Position numbers and translations under genes: made by a program
The notes under the pieces: generated by a model
What the model was told of the DNA's origin: nothing
Seen by the model: only the letters and a program-made list of their open reading frames with translations
Databases searched by the model: none
Shown: positions 25,521 through 36,181 of the stretch, in pieces
Layout of the letters: each line of letters starts with the position of its first letter
Numbering within the stretch: the first letter of the stretch is position 1
Virus record (IMG/VR): IMGVR_UViG_3300030330_006431
Location: 1 to 36,768 of that record
DNA from: a virus
Taxonomy: Duplodnaviria > Caudoviricetes
DNA length: 36,768 nucleotides
Strand: one strand, 5' to 3'

Positions 25521-27868
25521 TTGTAATCTATAAATTTTACATCATTTATTACTGCAGTTTTAGGCAGCGATTTGACAATGTTAGTTAACATTATATCTTT
25601 AATTTCATTAGCTACATCAGCTTTAATATTTAAATTTTTGATATTAATATCAATAGCGTTACTCTTACTTTTCAAATTTGTATTAATAGAATTAACTGAT
25701 CTTATAGTATCGGTCATATTTCTCATACCACAAGGTAAAGAAATAGTAAGATCTTGAATCGTATCTATATTGGTTCCAAATACGTATCCTAGTTCTTGAT
25801 ATTTTTCTAATGGTTCTAAAGTAAGATATAAATTGGTAATATATAATTTAGTTGTAGCTTCGTTGTAGAGAATCTCTCTTTTCTTCATTTCATTATTTTG
25901 CTCCCAACGTACAAATATATCACCAAACAATATTCTCTTTGTAAAAAGTTGATACGCATTAACGTTAAAAGAAAAAATGACATTAGAATTTAAATATAAA
26001 TTACAAATACCTTCTATAGCATTAAAGGATAAAAATATATTATTTTTTTCAAATTTGTCTACTATAAAAGAATGTGTAAATGTATTTTGATCTATGCGCT
26101 GCTCAATTGTTTTACCTTCAGTACTATTATCAAATATTTTAAATTCAAAGGTAATATCATTTCCGGTTTTAGTAAAACTAATACCACCATTTATATCATT
26201 ACTATCTGATATAATTGAAAAATCACCAGCTTCGTTTTGTAAAGTAAATCCTAAACTAAATCCTCCATTTTCATTTATAGTTTTAAAATAATTATTTACT
26301 CTATTATTAACACGAGCTGTTTTACAGAAATTAGTAGGAGACTCTCTTAAAAAGTCGTTTTTAGATACTCTTACATATTTATATCTTTTATTTGGCTCAA
26401 ATGTAAGATCGCTTTTTTTATCTAAATACAATTTTTTCTCTACAGAACTTTTTAAGCTAGAATTGTTCATTATTAAGCTTTCTACTGATTGTTCGTAGGT
26501 AACATTATATACAGGCGAAGCTGCCAAAGCAGCTTCTTTAGAAACTAGATCTGGGTAATAATACCTATCAACCCATACACCCTCTTTACCTATACCACCA
26601 GACAACCATGTACATAAATATGTTACATTTTCTTCTTTAATAGAATTATCATCTAATCTATAGACCCTATCAGATAAATCCGGTCTCTTAAATGAAAATG
26701 ATCCGCACTTTGTAAACTTAGTATCATTAATATTTAACTTAGTAAATGGCTCCATAGAAGATGGAGTTGTAAAATAAGTTGTCCCTGATTTTATATTAAT
26801 GTCAAAATTATTATAAACAAAATTTAAAGCTAAAACCTCGTTGTTTTCACTATCCATATCAGAAAAGATAGAAGTGTATTCTCTTAAACCTTGACTAAAG
26901 ATAGTTGTTTCAGAAGTAGAAAGCAAATTATTGGACGAAGTAAATTGCTCTTGCGTGTTTACAATATTTTTTAAATTAAAAAAGTTAAAGTTTAAGTCAA
27001 CGTCGTTACTTGAACTATAAAATAAATAGTTAGAGGGTAAATTAAAATCACTCTTTTTGTTATCTATATCACCGGAATTATCATAAGTTATAAAAGATGA
27101 ATTGTATGGCGACGGTATATTTAAATTAACCTCTTGGTCAATTTTTATAGAGTTATTAGCTACGAAGTATTGATTAGGCTTAGAACTAGCATCAACTAGT
27201 TGAGCATAAAGACGTTTTCCGTTATTTAAAATAGCAAAAATTTCATTATTTTTATAGGAATATAAATTTATAAAACTCTCTCTACCATATTTTACTAAGT
27301 TGTATTCTAAATAGCCTCCAGTAGTAGATAATTTATTTTCTGCTACAAAAAGCACTTCTCTTTGATTAAGGGTATTTTCTGTATTATCACTTACTACAAG
27401 AAAATATTTTATACCTTTTACTACGGTAGCTACGCTACATGTAAAATCATCTACAAAGGTTATTTCAAAATCACTAGCGTTAGAAAGAATATTAGTAACT
27501 GAAGTTGCACCGTAAAATTTTGAATTTATAACATTATTCGTATCTTTAAATGAGCTTAAAGAAGGAGTTTTAAAAATAAGATAATTATTACCTGAAGTTG
27601 AGAAATTAAATGTAGTAAAAAATGAATCTGGTTTTACTTTTATCTCGTTAAATGAAGTAACATTATCCAGTAAAAAATTATTAGAAAGATAAAAGTTCGA
27701 ATAATTTAAATTTTTGAAATCTTGTATACCGGATAAAGCAGAAATAAAATTTATTTGAAAATCACCATTAAAAGTCTGGTAGTATTGATCTAGTGTTAGA
27801 TCACTAGGGCATACATTAGCTTCAACAGAGCTTAACGCACTTAAACTTGATTTAACTAAACAACCCAT
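25517..27868 (-). CDS. Large baseplate-region protein, possible C-terminal LamG/ConA-like domain
   Basis: 783 aa; FSLGF..., NNIFLSFNAIEGICNLYLNS resembles LamG strands; TAAATA at 27875-27880. Confidence 0.65.
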   Translation of the reverse strand: MGCLVKSSLSALSSVEANVCPSDLTLDQYYQTFNGDFQINFISALSGIQDFKNLNYSNFYLSNNFLLDNVTSFNEIKVKPDSFFTTFNFSTSGNNYLIFKTPSLSSFKDTNNVINSKFYGATSVTNILSNASDFEITFVDDFTCSVATVVKGIKYFLVVSDNTENTLNQREVLFVAENKLSTTGGYLEYNLVKYGRESFINLYSYKNNEIFAILNNGKRLYAQLVDASSKPNQYFVANNSIKIDQEVNLNIPSPYNSSFITYDNSGDIDNKKSDFNLPSNYLFYSSSNDVDLNFNFFNLKNIVNTQEQFTSSNNLLSTSETTIFSQGLREYTSIFSDMDSENNEVLALNFVYNNFDINIKSGTTYFTTPSSMEPFTKLNINDTKFTKCGSFSFKRPDLSDRVYRLDDNSIKEENVTYLCTWLSGGIGKEGVWVDRYYYPDLVSKEAALAASPVYNVTYEQSVESLIMNNSSLKSSVEKKLYLDKKSDLTFEPNKRYKYVRVSKNDFLRESPTNFCKTARVNNRVNNYFKTINENGGFSLGFTLQNEAGDFSIISDSNDINGGISFTKTGNDITFEFKIFDNSTEGKTIEQRIDQNTFTHSFIVDKFEKNNIFLSFNAIEGICNLYLNSNVIFSFNVNAYQLFTKRILFGDIFVRWEQNNEMKKREILYNEATTKLYITNLYLTLEPLEKYQELGYVFGTNIDTIQDLTISLPCGMRNMTDTIRSVNSINTNLKSKSNAIDINIKNLNIKADVANEIKDIMLTNIVKSLPKTAVINDVKFIDYK

Positions 27869-27883
27869 TTTAAATATTTATTC

Positions 27884-28420
27884 TTAGTCCTCCTTATAAG
27901 ATTTGTTATCAAGCTGAACTACGTAGTTGTTTTTCTTAGTTAAGAGTGATATTCTCGAGCTATTATTTTTATCATTAAGTAAGTCTAATCCTATAATATT
28001 CATATCATCTATATTTTCGTAATAGCTTTGTGAATTAACTACAATAGGCGCACTCAATTGTAAGGTCTCACCAGTAATGTAACCCACATTCATTTTAAAA
28101 GTTAATGACTTTTTTAGAGCGTATGAAGAAGGGTAGTAGTTATGTATATATGAATTTGTGAAAGTTACAGGAGCCGCACCTCTTTCTATTTCTGGAAAAA
28201 TTGATTCTGTTTTATAATCTCTATATATCTTAATATCGGGTTGAACTGTTTCAGAACCATCACCCCAGTCTATCGATAAGTATGTAGGAAATATTTCAGT
28301 ATATACATTACTTATATCTAATGTAACTTGTGTAAAATCAAACAACTCTATCTGATTTAATATTTTTTTTGAGTTAATTTCTGACTTAGAAGAAGATATA
28401 GAAAGATTATAAGTGTTCAT
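27884..28420 (-). CDS. Small protein with a degenerate PKD-like domain
   Basis: IDWGDG ... HNYY; ATGA-coupled. Confidence 0.65.
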   Translation of the reverse strand: MNTYNLSISSSKSEINSKKILNQIELFDFTQVTLDISNVYTEIFPTYLSIDWGDGSETVQPDIKIYRDYKTESIFPEIERGAAPVTFTNSYIHNYYPSSYALKKSLTFKMNVGYITGETLQLSAPIVVNSQSYYENIDDMNIIGLDLLNDKNNSSRISLLTKKNNYVVQLDNKSYKED

Positions 28421-31287
28421 AATATTAAAGCTGTTGCTGAAATTGGTAGTTTAGAGGTTGATAATGAAGGTAGGCTAGAAGAAAGAGTAAAAAATGCATT
28501 ATTAAGATCTATATTTCCTGTTGAACTGTTAATAAAATTATCTGTAAATCTACTATTATTACTAGTAAATGAAGTACTATCTACAAAATTTACACTATCT
28601 TTATATTCAAATAAATAGTTTACTAGTAAAGGAGCCTTATTTAAATCTTTAATTAAAACAGCTAAATTAAATAATTCGTTATCACTGCTATAAGTTAAAG
28701 TAGGTTTGCTGCATTCTATATATACAGAATCAAAAGTAGATAAATCAAAGTAACAAGATGAATTTTCAGCGGAATTACCTGTTGTTGGAAATATTTGTTG
28801 TGTTTTATCATCTATATAGCTATACTTATATATTGTTGGATATAGTCTAATATCTTTAAATGTAAGCTGATCTCTCTCCATTCTACAAAAGAAAACATCG
28901 CTATTTACTCTTAACCGGTTACTAACTCTATTAAAGAAGTTAGTGTTTATATTAATAGAGTTAGTAAATGTGTTAGGTGATATAAATTTATCATTAACGT
29001 AAGATGTTTTTTCAGTTACTAGATAAGAGCTAGTTTCAATAAATAAAGTATTGTAAATAATATCGAAATTAACCACTTTAGTTGATAGTTCATCACACAC
29101 TGCTGTTGAGTATTTACCTGATAAGTAATCTAAGGTTTCTGTAAGTTCTTTTACAGATGGGGTATCTGGATTTTTATTAATATTTTTAACGTAAATTTTA
29201 CCAGTGTGATTTTCTCTATCGAACAAACTCTCGCTAGCAGTTTGTACTGTAGAAAATGATGTTAAATCATATACATTATCTCTATATTCAAAACCTTCTT
29301 CAGCTTGAGTATAGTTAAATATTATATTATCTGTAAATCTACTACCATCGTAATTCTGCACACCGTTGTCACCTGAGAGTCTTACATTATAGGTAAAATT
29401 ACCAGAAAGCCCTTCGTAAAGAGCTATTCCCGGTTTGTAGGCAGTACCAGGCCCAGTACTATCACATAAAGCTCTTACTATAGTAGTTGCACCATCATAA
29501 TAACCTATACCACCTTCAACTAAATCACTAAAATAAAATTGATCAGCTGAATCAGTGAACGCACTCAATCCGGATCTTACTGGATCAGCTAATGCTTCAG
29601 TATCGGAAAATCTAAAATAAGCTCCTTCTTTTACATCAGCATCAAATGTTATTGATTCTGGTCTAGTATAATCAACTTCTAGATAATTTGAAGGCTGTAT
29701 TAACTCTTGATATGGAGTAAAGAATCTACTAAAAATAAAATATGAAGATAAAGGTAAATCGGGTGTCTGATCCCCTACAGCAGTTAGCCCGTTTGTAAAT
29801 GCTGTTAAACCAGATCTAATAGTTTCTGAAAAAGTAGATGAATCAGCGGTACTATAATTAAAATTAAACCCCTCACCATATAAATCATCAAAAAACTGAT
29901 AGCCATTAAGCACCAAATTTTTTATATGCTTTGGTATTTCATATTCAACATTCTGTCTATAATAATTATCATCTTTTATTAGTCCAAAAATATTACCAAA
30001 TAAATCTTTTTTACTATCATCTATGTAACCTTGATCATATAAGTAAGAAAGATCAGTATCTAAATTTCTGCTTTGTGAAATTTCAGAAGAGTATCCTAAA
30101 AATGTTGTACTTTCTTTGTCAGGGTTAGGTTGGTTAATAGCTATTCCTTTACTCCTGTTATTAATAGATCGAGAAGTATCAACTATGAAAGTTAATATCT
30201 GCTGATTATTAGTAAAGAGATTAGGATCGGGAAAAATATAAAGTTGATTTGGTTTATATACATCTTTCTCATAGAAGTCTATTCTTTTTCCTTGAATAGT
30301 AGCAATAGCAGAATTATGCGGTCTAAAAAAGCCTAAATCTCTCTCACTAATAATTTTGTCTGAAAAAATTGACGCAGTTGAAGGGTAGTCTTGATTTAAA
30401 AAATTAGCATACGGTTTATTGCATTTGAAAAGTATTCCCATATCTGGAGTACCGTTACTATCTGTTGAAAGATAATAAAAATCAGACCCTATAAATTTTT
30501 CTGTTTGCTTCTTTTTAGAACTTAAAATTTGATCTGTTTCCTTTAAACCACGTACTTCTTGACTTACTGCTGAAAAAACTTTATCGATAATATTTGCTTC
30601 AAGAGATAAAAATAAATTATCTTCTTTTGGGAGCGCGCCAGGTTCATATTCTCTATAATTAGCACCATATTCATTTACATCAGGCTGCTTATTAAAATAC
30701 TGAGAAAAATTATCGTAATATTCTGTTATTGATATTGATAAATTGTTCTTAATATCATTTATATTATAGTTAATATCTCCTGTACTACTATTTTCTAAAA
30801 AATCTATAATTAAATCTTTTGATGCTTGCTCTAAACCTAAATTACTACCCTTTATCTTGCTTTTAGTTAATGAGTAATGTAATGTGCTTCTTTTTTTCTT
30901 ATAGTAAGAAATTATATTTCTAATTTTTTTACTAAAAAACGACATTGCAATTTGCAAGTCATATTTGTTATTAAAATCTAATTGAGTTAAAAATTTTTTT
31001 TCTGCGTTTGAAGAAAAGTTTAAGGTAATATCTTTTAAGAAATCTCTATATCTATCTATAATTGAATTAGTATTAGTATTAGATAAATCTACATTTCTAT
31101 CATTCCATTTATTAATATAATTATTATAAAAGGCAGTTAAAGTTTCTGGCTTATAATCTTCACTTACAATTTCAATAAATTGTATAAAAGTATATGGTGT
31201 AAATTTATCTAAAGCGTTATCACTATTTACATTTGGATTAGTAATAGATTGATTTACGCTTGGAAACCCTGTAGTAATGTTATCCAT
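28417..31287 (-). CDS. Large baseplate-region structural protein
   Basis: 956 aa, helical N-terminus, beta-rich C-terminus; TAAATA at 31294-31299. Confidence 0.7.
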   Translation of the reverse strand: MDNITTGFPSVNQSITNPNVNSDNALDKFTPYTFIQFIEIVSEDYKPETLTAFYNNYINKWNDRNVDLSNTNTNSIIDRYRDFLKDITLNFSSNAEKKFLTQLDFNNKYDLQIAMSFFSKKIRNIISYYKKKRSTLHYSLTKSKIKGSNLGLEQASKDLIIDFLENSSTGDINYNINDIKNNLSISITEYYDNFSQYFNKQPDVNEYGANYREYEPGALPKEDNLFLSLEANIIDKVFSAVSQEVRGLKETDQILSSKKKQTEKFIGSDFYYLSTDSNGTPDMGILFKCNKPYANFLNQDYPSTASIFSDKIISERDLGFFRPHNSAIATIQGKRIDFYEKDVYKPNQLYIFPDPNLFTNNQQILTFIVDTSRSINNRSKGIAINQPNPDKESTTFLGYSSEISQSRNLDTDLSYLYDQGYIDDSKKDLFGNIFGLIKDDNYYRQNVEYEIPKHIKNLVLNGYQFFDDLYGEGFNFNYSTADSSTFSETIRSGLTAFTNGLTAVGDQTPDLPLSSYFIFSRFFTPYQELIQPSNYLEVDYTRPESITFDADVKEGAYFRFSDTEALADPVRSGLSAFTDSADQFYFSDLVEGGIGYYDGATTIVRALCDSTGPGTAYKPGIALYEGLSGNFTYNVRLSGDNGVQNYDGSRFTDNIIFNYTQAEEGFEYRDNVYDLTSFSTVQTASESLFDRENHTGKIYVKNINKNPDTPSVKELTETLDYLSGKYSTAVCDELSTKVVNFDIIYNTLFIETSSYLVTEKTSYVNDKFISPNTFTNSININTNFFNRVSNRLRVNSDVFFCRMERDQLTFKDIRLYPTIYKYSYIDDKTQQIFPTTGNSAENSSCYFDLSTFDSVYIECSKPTLTYSSDNELFNLAVLIKDLNKAPLLVNYLFEYKDSVNFVDSTSFTSNNSRFTDNFINSSTGNIDLNNAFFTLSSSLPSLSTSKLPISATALIL

Positions 31288-31302
31288 TATACATATTTAT
31301 CC

Positions 31303-33480
31303 CTAGAACAAGGATAGACTACTAAATAACGAATTTCGTATGATAATATCAAAAATATTATTTTCACCTTCTAAGCTACTAAGCGGATCCGAAAAACTTA
31401 CTGTAGTTAGCCCATTCTCATAATCTATTAGTCCGCTTAACACAGTATCATCATATACAGCTGATAAAGAATAAAAATCATAAAAATTATTTACTGTATC
31501 TATAGTATAAGTAGATGGTAGAATTAGTCCCCATCCCCAGCTATTACCCCCGCTTAAAGAGGCGTTAGATACTTCAGTACTATAATCACTTAGCATATAA
31601 GTATTTGAATTTTTGACCCCTCCTCCAGTATTCTCCCCACTTAATGCGCTGAGTGGTTGAAAAGTATTAAGTCTTAAGTATGTGTTACTATATTTTTCAT
31701 ATGCAACTAAATCATTACCCGCAGTTATTTCATAAGTTAAAGAATTTATTTCATCTCCTAAATTTTTTCCATAAATGGCTTTTGTAGTAGTACCTTTAGG
31801 ATCAAAATTTTCTTCAAATTTATTTTTACCTCCTCTAAATTTATTATAATTTACACTTAAAATATCTAAAAATCTTTTTACCTCTGCTGGTTCCTGAGCT
31901 AACGACCTATCAAATACTATTCCATAATCATCAGTCATACCCGCCATACTAATTAAAGAATTAATATCACATAAGTCTATATCTGCATTATTTGAAACAA
32001 AGTTAAATATTTTTTCATAAAGCTTTTTACCTAGAATATCATATCTACTACTTACATTACCAAATATAGTACCTATAAAATCATCAAAGAAAATATCTTT
32101 ATCTAATAATATTTCTTGGAAGCGTAAATCTTTTATTGTTCTCTCGAAATCAAAATTTTCATTATGCTTATAAAACTCGTAATAATTTTTAGGGTAAGCA
32201 GTTAAAGTAACTAATCCATTAACGGTAGAAAGAAGAGAGCTATTGGTGTTAAACGCATATTGATTTCGTGCACTTAATGTTAATCTTGTAGAGGATGAAG
32301 ATAAATTATCATTAAATGTTAATACGCCTCTATACCAAAAATCTGTATCTATAGAAGATAAGGTGTTACCTAAACTAGATATAGTATAATATGTTGACTG
32401 TACAATATTATCAGCATCCCATACGTTACTAGTAGCTCCTGACAAAAGTATGAAGTTAGGACTACCTGCAGATAATGCTTTCATTGTATAGTTGTCATTA
32501 CTAACTGGGGATAAGACAAACGGTATACCTAGATCTTTATATTGTGTTTTACTTACAGCAAAAGGCTCTTTTTCTATGCTTTCTCCAGCTATCCCGTTCG
32601 ATGTAAATTTAATAGCGCTTAGTGTTTGGGCAGAAGTAGCTCCAACTAAAGATGATAACGAAATATTAAAATTGTTTGTATAGTTATTATTCTTATATCC
32701 CTTTAAACTATTTGCAAATATATTATTTCTGTCTTTAAAAAATGAAATATTAAACGGATCATCTTGATCATCTGTTTTTACGAAGATCTCTTTTACCCCG
32801 GAGCTTCCTACATAAACACTAGAAAGACTAGAACTTAAGCCATGTACAAGTAAACCGTCAGAATTAATTCTTGCATATATATCAGTTGACGATAAAGAAA
32901 TTTTTTCTAACTCTACGTATTCGTAGCTAGAAAGAGTAGGAAGATAATTTTTTTCATATATAGAAAAATAGTTTTCTAAACTATTGAAACGGCTTTTTGG
33001 TAAATTGAAATAGTTTTTAAAATCACAACCAGATGTACTATAAAATATATCTTGAAAATCTTGATAAAAAGGAGTCTGTGCATTTATAGTTAATGGAGTT
33101 GAAAACTCTCCTGCAGAAAGATTTAAATTTAGATTTTGTAAATCAACAGTAAAAGTGTTTATTATATAATCATGTATTTGAACCGGGGTACTGTAAGAAG
33201 CTAAAACAGAATTATTTTTACAATCTCTTATAATCATCCGGACGGTGTATTCACCGGGGTATTCATAAACATGTGTGCTTGAAACATTGTGGCCAAAAGT
33301 ACCATCTCCGAAATCAAAAGTTACATTTTGATCATTTAATGGTATATCAGTACCTTCTTCTTCTGGAATCCTGGCCTTAAACGTCAAAGGAGTAATATCT
33401 AAATTATAAGATGAGAGCTTACTCTCACCTTTATAATCTACAACATCAAAAAGAGCATAATCTGTTTTTATATTACTCAT
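31303..33480 (-). CDS. PKD-domain baseplate wedge protein, probably gp7/P2 gpI-like
   Basis: PKD motif FDFGDG...THVYEYPGEYTV; C-terminal ADIDLCDINSLISMA resembles the gpI/gp7 DPxxC motif; follows gp6. Confidence 0.65.
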   Translation of the reverse strand: MSNIKTDYALFDVVDYKGESKLSSYNLDITPLTFKARIPEEEGTDIPLNDQNVTFDFGDGTFGHNVSSTHVYEYPGEYTVRMIIRDCKNNSVLASYSTPVQIHDYIINTFTVDLQNLNLNLSAGEFSTPLTINAQTPFYQDFQDIFYSTSGCDFKNYFNLPKSRFNSLENYFSIYEKNYLPTLSSYEYVELEKISLSSTDIYARINSDGLLVHGLSSSLSSVYVGSSGVKEIFVKTDDQDDPFNISFFKDRNNIFANSLKGYKNNNYTNNFNISLSSLVGATSAQTLSAIKFTSNGIAGESIEKEPFAVSKTQYKDLGIPFVLSPVSNDNYTMKALSAGSPNFILLSGATSNVWDADNIVQSTYYTISSLGNTLSSIDTDFWYRGVLTFNDNLSSSSTRLTLSARNQYAFNTNSSLLSTVNGLVTLTAYPKNYYEFYKHNENFDFERTIKDLRFQEILLDKDIFFDDFIGTIFGNVSSRYDILGKKLYEKIFNFVSNNADIDLCDINSLISMAGMTDDYGIVFDRSLAQEPAEVKRFLDILSVNYNKFRGGKNKFEENFDPKGTTTKAIYGKNLGDEINSLTYEITAGNDLVAYEKYSNTYLRLNTFQPLSALSGENTGGGVKNSNTYMLSDYSTEVSNASLSGGNSWGWGLILPSTYTIDTVNNFYDFYSLSAVYDDTVLSGLIDYENGLTTVSFSDPLSSLEGENNIFDIIIRNSLFSSLSLF

Positions 33481-35308
33481 CTATTACTTTGATACGATTA
33501 GATATAGAAAGTGGTGAATACATATACGGGAACTTAAAATAAGGTAACGTTACATCCTGGTTTACTAAAGCTATATCACTCGTTTCATAGACTGGATTAA
33601 AAGATAGAAACGAAACCGTGTCAATAGTGCTGCTGTTGTTTTCATTTTTAGTATAAATTCTCTTAATACCTTCAATAGATAATATATCGTTAGTAAGTTC
33701 ACTAAAGTTTAATTTTTGACCTAGGTTATTTTTACTTGGCTCAAAAAATGCCTTTATTATATTACCAACTCTAGCTTTAAGTGTATCTTTATTAATTTTA
33801 TTATTGGTCTCTCGTACAAGATAGAGACATGTCTCGTCTAAAATATCAAGACTAAGATCTTTTGAATTTGTATACCCTAAACCAAAAGCCATATATATAG
33901 GATCCCGTGGTACTACTGTATTTGATACCATTTTACGCTCCCCACATGTTTCTACTAATAAGTTTTTAAAAGATTCAGATAAATATGGTGGATAATAATT
34001 ATCTTCAGCTACAGAAAACGACGGCGCACAAAAAACATTTACATTGTTAAAATCACATGAATCAGCAAAATTAATTTGATTTATGAGAACTCTATTTACT
34101 TTATTTGGATCTACACATATGTCATAAAAATACTGAATGTATTCATTTATATAAGAATCATTATCTACAACTTTAACACTGTTTACAACATTAGCTAAAT
34201 TCCTTTCTATAAAAGACTCATAATCTGATTCTGTTACTAGCCGTAACTGCGAGGCAAATGCTTTTGGAGCGTTTTCTCTTATTTGTTCAATAGTTTCTTC
34301 ATCAGAAAGCGAAGTAGAATTTTGTGGATTGTTAATTGTAAGAAGAGAGCTATTACTATTATCGATAAATATTGTTTCATTTTTGTTAGCAAACGTATCG
34401 TTAAATATTTGTCTCTGTCTTAATGAATCATAAACAAATAACTTATTACCATTTATAACATTTTTACTAATTATACCTTCTGTATTATCTGATTGAATAT
34501 AGTTAATTGAAACTGTATCTCCTTCACTTAACTTCCTTCCGAAAACCCCACTACCAAATTTAATTTCATAAAATCCGTTTTCATTTAAACGTCTTTCATA
34601 TACTCTTTCATTAGAATTTGATAAATATAAGCTCTCTACTTCTTTATAGAGATAATAGGTATTATCATCTACCTCCTTAACATAAACATCAATTGTATTA
34701 TCAGCTATAAATTTTTCTGTATTATTATCTACTATATTTTTAACTACAATAGGAACAACTTCAAATTCTTCTCCTTGTGCGTTATAATCTGGATATTCTT
34801 TAACTACGCCTTGATATAATATTACTGTATCGTTTAAAGTTTTTATTACTTCCGTGTCGGTAGTTGTTTTGTTAAAAGAATAATCATCAATAAAATTATA
34901 TTGAACACCATCAGCTACAAAGAATGAATTTTTACGTATAGTATAATTAGCTACAGCCATATCAGCTGACCCTACAGCATTAATAGGTACGATAGATGTT
35001 TGCTTACCAGCCGGCTTGTAACCTATAAGCTTAACTATCTTATTCATATTTTCATAAATAGATGCTTGATCAAAATTAACCTCTGAAGCTGTATTGTTTA
35101 AATAAAATAAAAGAACATGATATGAATATGCTATTATGTCTATAACAGCTGCTAAGTTACTACCATCATAATTTTGGTCAGTAAATTTTTCATTCGTGTT
35201 AAGTCTGTTTACTATATAATCTTTTAAACTTACAGCATCAAAAGCAACATATGCATTTTGTGGTAAGTTAAAATCTAAAAAGTCGTTATCTTTGTCTGAT
35301 GTTGCCAT
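33473..35308 (-). CDS. 6: Baseplate wedge protein, T4 gp6-like
   Basis: FTDQNYDGSNL..IIAY, KLIGYKP, YEIKFGSGVFGRKL, ETIEQIRENAP..FASQLRLVTESDY. Confidence 0.92.
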   Translation of the reverse strand: MATSDKDNDFLDFNLPQNAYVAFDAVSLKDYIVNRLNTNEKFTDQNYDGSNLAAVIDIIAYSYHVLLFYLNNTASEVNFDQASIYENMNKIVKLIGYKPAGKQTSIVPINAVGSADMAVANYTIRKNSFFVADGVQYNFIDDYSFNKTTTDTEVIKTLNDTVILYQGVVKEYPDYNAQGEEFEVVPIVVKNIVDNNTEKFIADNTIDVYVKEVDDNTYYLYKEVESLYLSNSNERVYERRLNENGFYEIKFGSGVFGRKLSEGDTVSINYIQSDNTEGIISKNVINGNKLFVYDSLRQRQIFNDTFANKNETIFIDNSNSSLLTINNPQNSTSLSDEETIEQIRENAPKAFASQLRLVTESDYESFIERNLANVVNSVKVVDNDSYINEYIQYFYDICVDPNKVNRVLINQINFADSCDFNNVNVFCAPSFSVAEDNYYPPYLSESFKNLLVETCGERKMVSNTVVPRDPIYMAFGLGYTNSKDLSLDILDETCLYLVRETNNKINKDTLKARVGNIIKAFFEPSKNNLGQKLNFSELTNDILSIEGIKRIYTKNENNSSTIDTVSFLSFNPVYETSDIALVNQDVTLPYFKFPYMYSPLSISNRIKVIDE

Positions 35309-35314
35309 AATAAT

Positions 35315-35803
35315 TTAAAATATAAAATATCCATTGTTATTTAATACCGATCTTATTGATATACCATACACATTTAAAGAAGGAATGTTAATTTGCATAT
35401 TAATATTATATTCATTCATATCAGGGTTGGGTATAACACTAACAGCATCTATTTCTATTCTTGGCTCCATTAATGGTAACCTATTTTTAATTTCATCTTT
35501 AATTGAAAAAGCATTAAAGTCAGTTATTTGTTCAAATAAATACCTTCTTAAATCTAAACCAAATTCCGGGCTAAGTATCTTTTCCCCAGGAGCGGTTAAA
35601 AAAATATTAGTTATACTATTTCTTATAGAATTTTCATCAAATAGTCCTTGTACATCTTTAAGTATTGATTGCTTATTGAGTTGTTTATTATAGTAGACTG
35701 AAGTTTCTAAATCTAAAAACAAATCTTTGTAGAGATAGCCGTGTTGAAGAGAAGCGTTATCCAACTCACTAGCCGCTGTATCTGTAAGTTTAATGAGTGC
35801 CAT
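35315..35803 (-). CDS. 25: Baseplate sheath-initiator, T4 gp25-like
   Basis: YKDL, SIRNSITNIFLTAPGEKILSPEFGLDLRRYLFE, EPRI. Confidence 0.93.
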   Translation of the reverse strand: MALIKLTDTAASELDNASLQHGYLYKDLFLDLETSVYYNKQLNKQSILKDVQGLFDENSIRNSITNIFLTAPGEKILSPEFGLDLRRYLFEQITDFNAFSIKDEIKNRLPLMEPRIEIDAVSVIPNPDMNEYNINMQINIPSLNVYGISIRSVLNNNGYFIF

Positions 35804-35810
35804 TTTATTA

Positions 35811-35816
35811 TATTTA
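35811..35816 (-). promoter_or_regulatory. Late-promoter core TAAATA heading the baseplate operon
   Basis: 7 nt before the gp25 ATG; divergent from a TATAAT at 35844-35849 on +. Confidence 0.65.
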
Positions 35817-35858
35817 ATGTAGCATATCAGGATTAAGGAACTATAATATAATTAGATT

Positions 35859-36143
35859 ATGGAGTTAATTGGTAAAGCTGATGTTAAGGTAGATGTTTCG
35901 CTTAAAGATATTCTTAATACTCTTGAGGTAGAAGTTCATAAAAAGCTAAAGCTTCCTCATCCTAATGAAGGCGAGGTTACAGCAAATCCTCACCATGATG
36001 GTAATTGGCGCTGGAATATTAAAAAAGATGTTAATACTTCTCACTCGTTTCAACTTGAAGAAAGTTTAGGACCAGCAGATGACGAAGATATTGAGATTTT
36101 TCAAGCTTATCATACTCTACGTTTCTTTCTTAAAGATAGCTAA
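35859..36143 (+). CDS. Hypothetical protein
   Basis: 94-aa ORF with upstream TATAAT. Confidence 0.75.
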   Translation: MELIGKADVKVDVSLKDILNTLEVEVHKKLKLPHPNEGEVTANPHHDGNWRWNIKKDVNTSHSFQLEESLGPADDEDIEIFQAYHTLRFFLKDS

Positions 36144-36181
36144 AACTGTATGATTCTTTGCAAGCTGGCATAAATAATAAT

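Noticed and set aside
27871-27880. TAAATATTTA as a bidirectional promoter
   Set aside because: No + strand gene follows; an AT-only palindrome is expected by chance.
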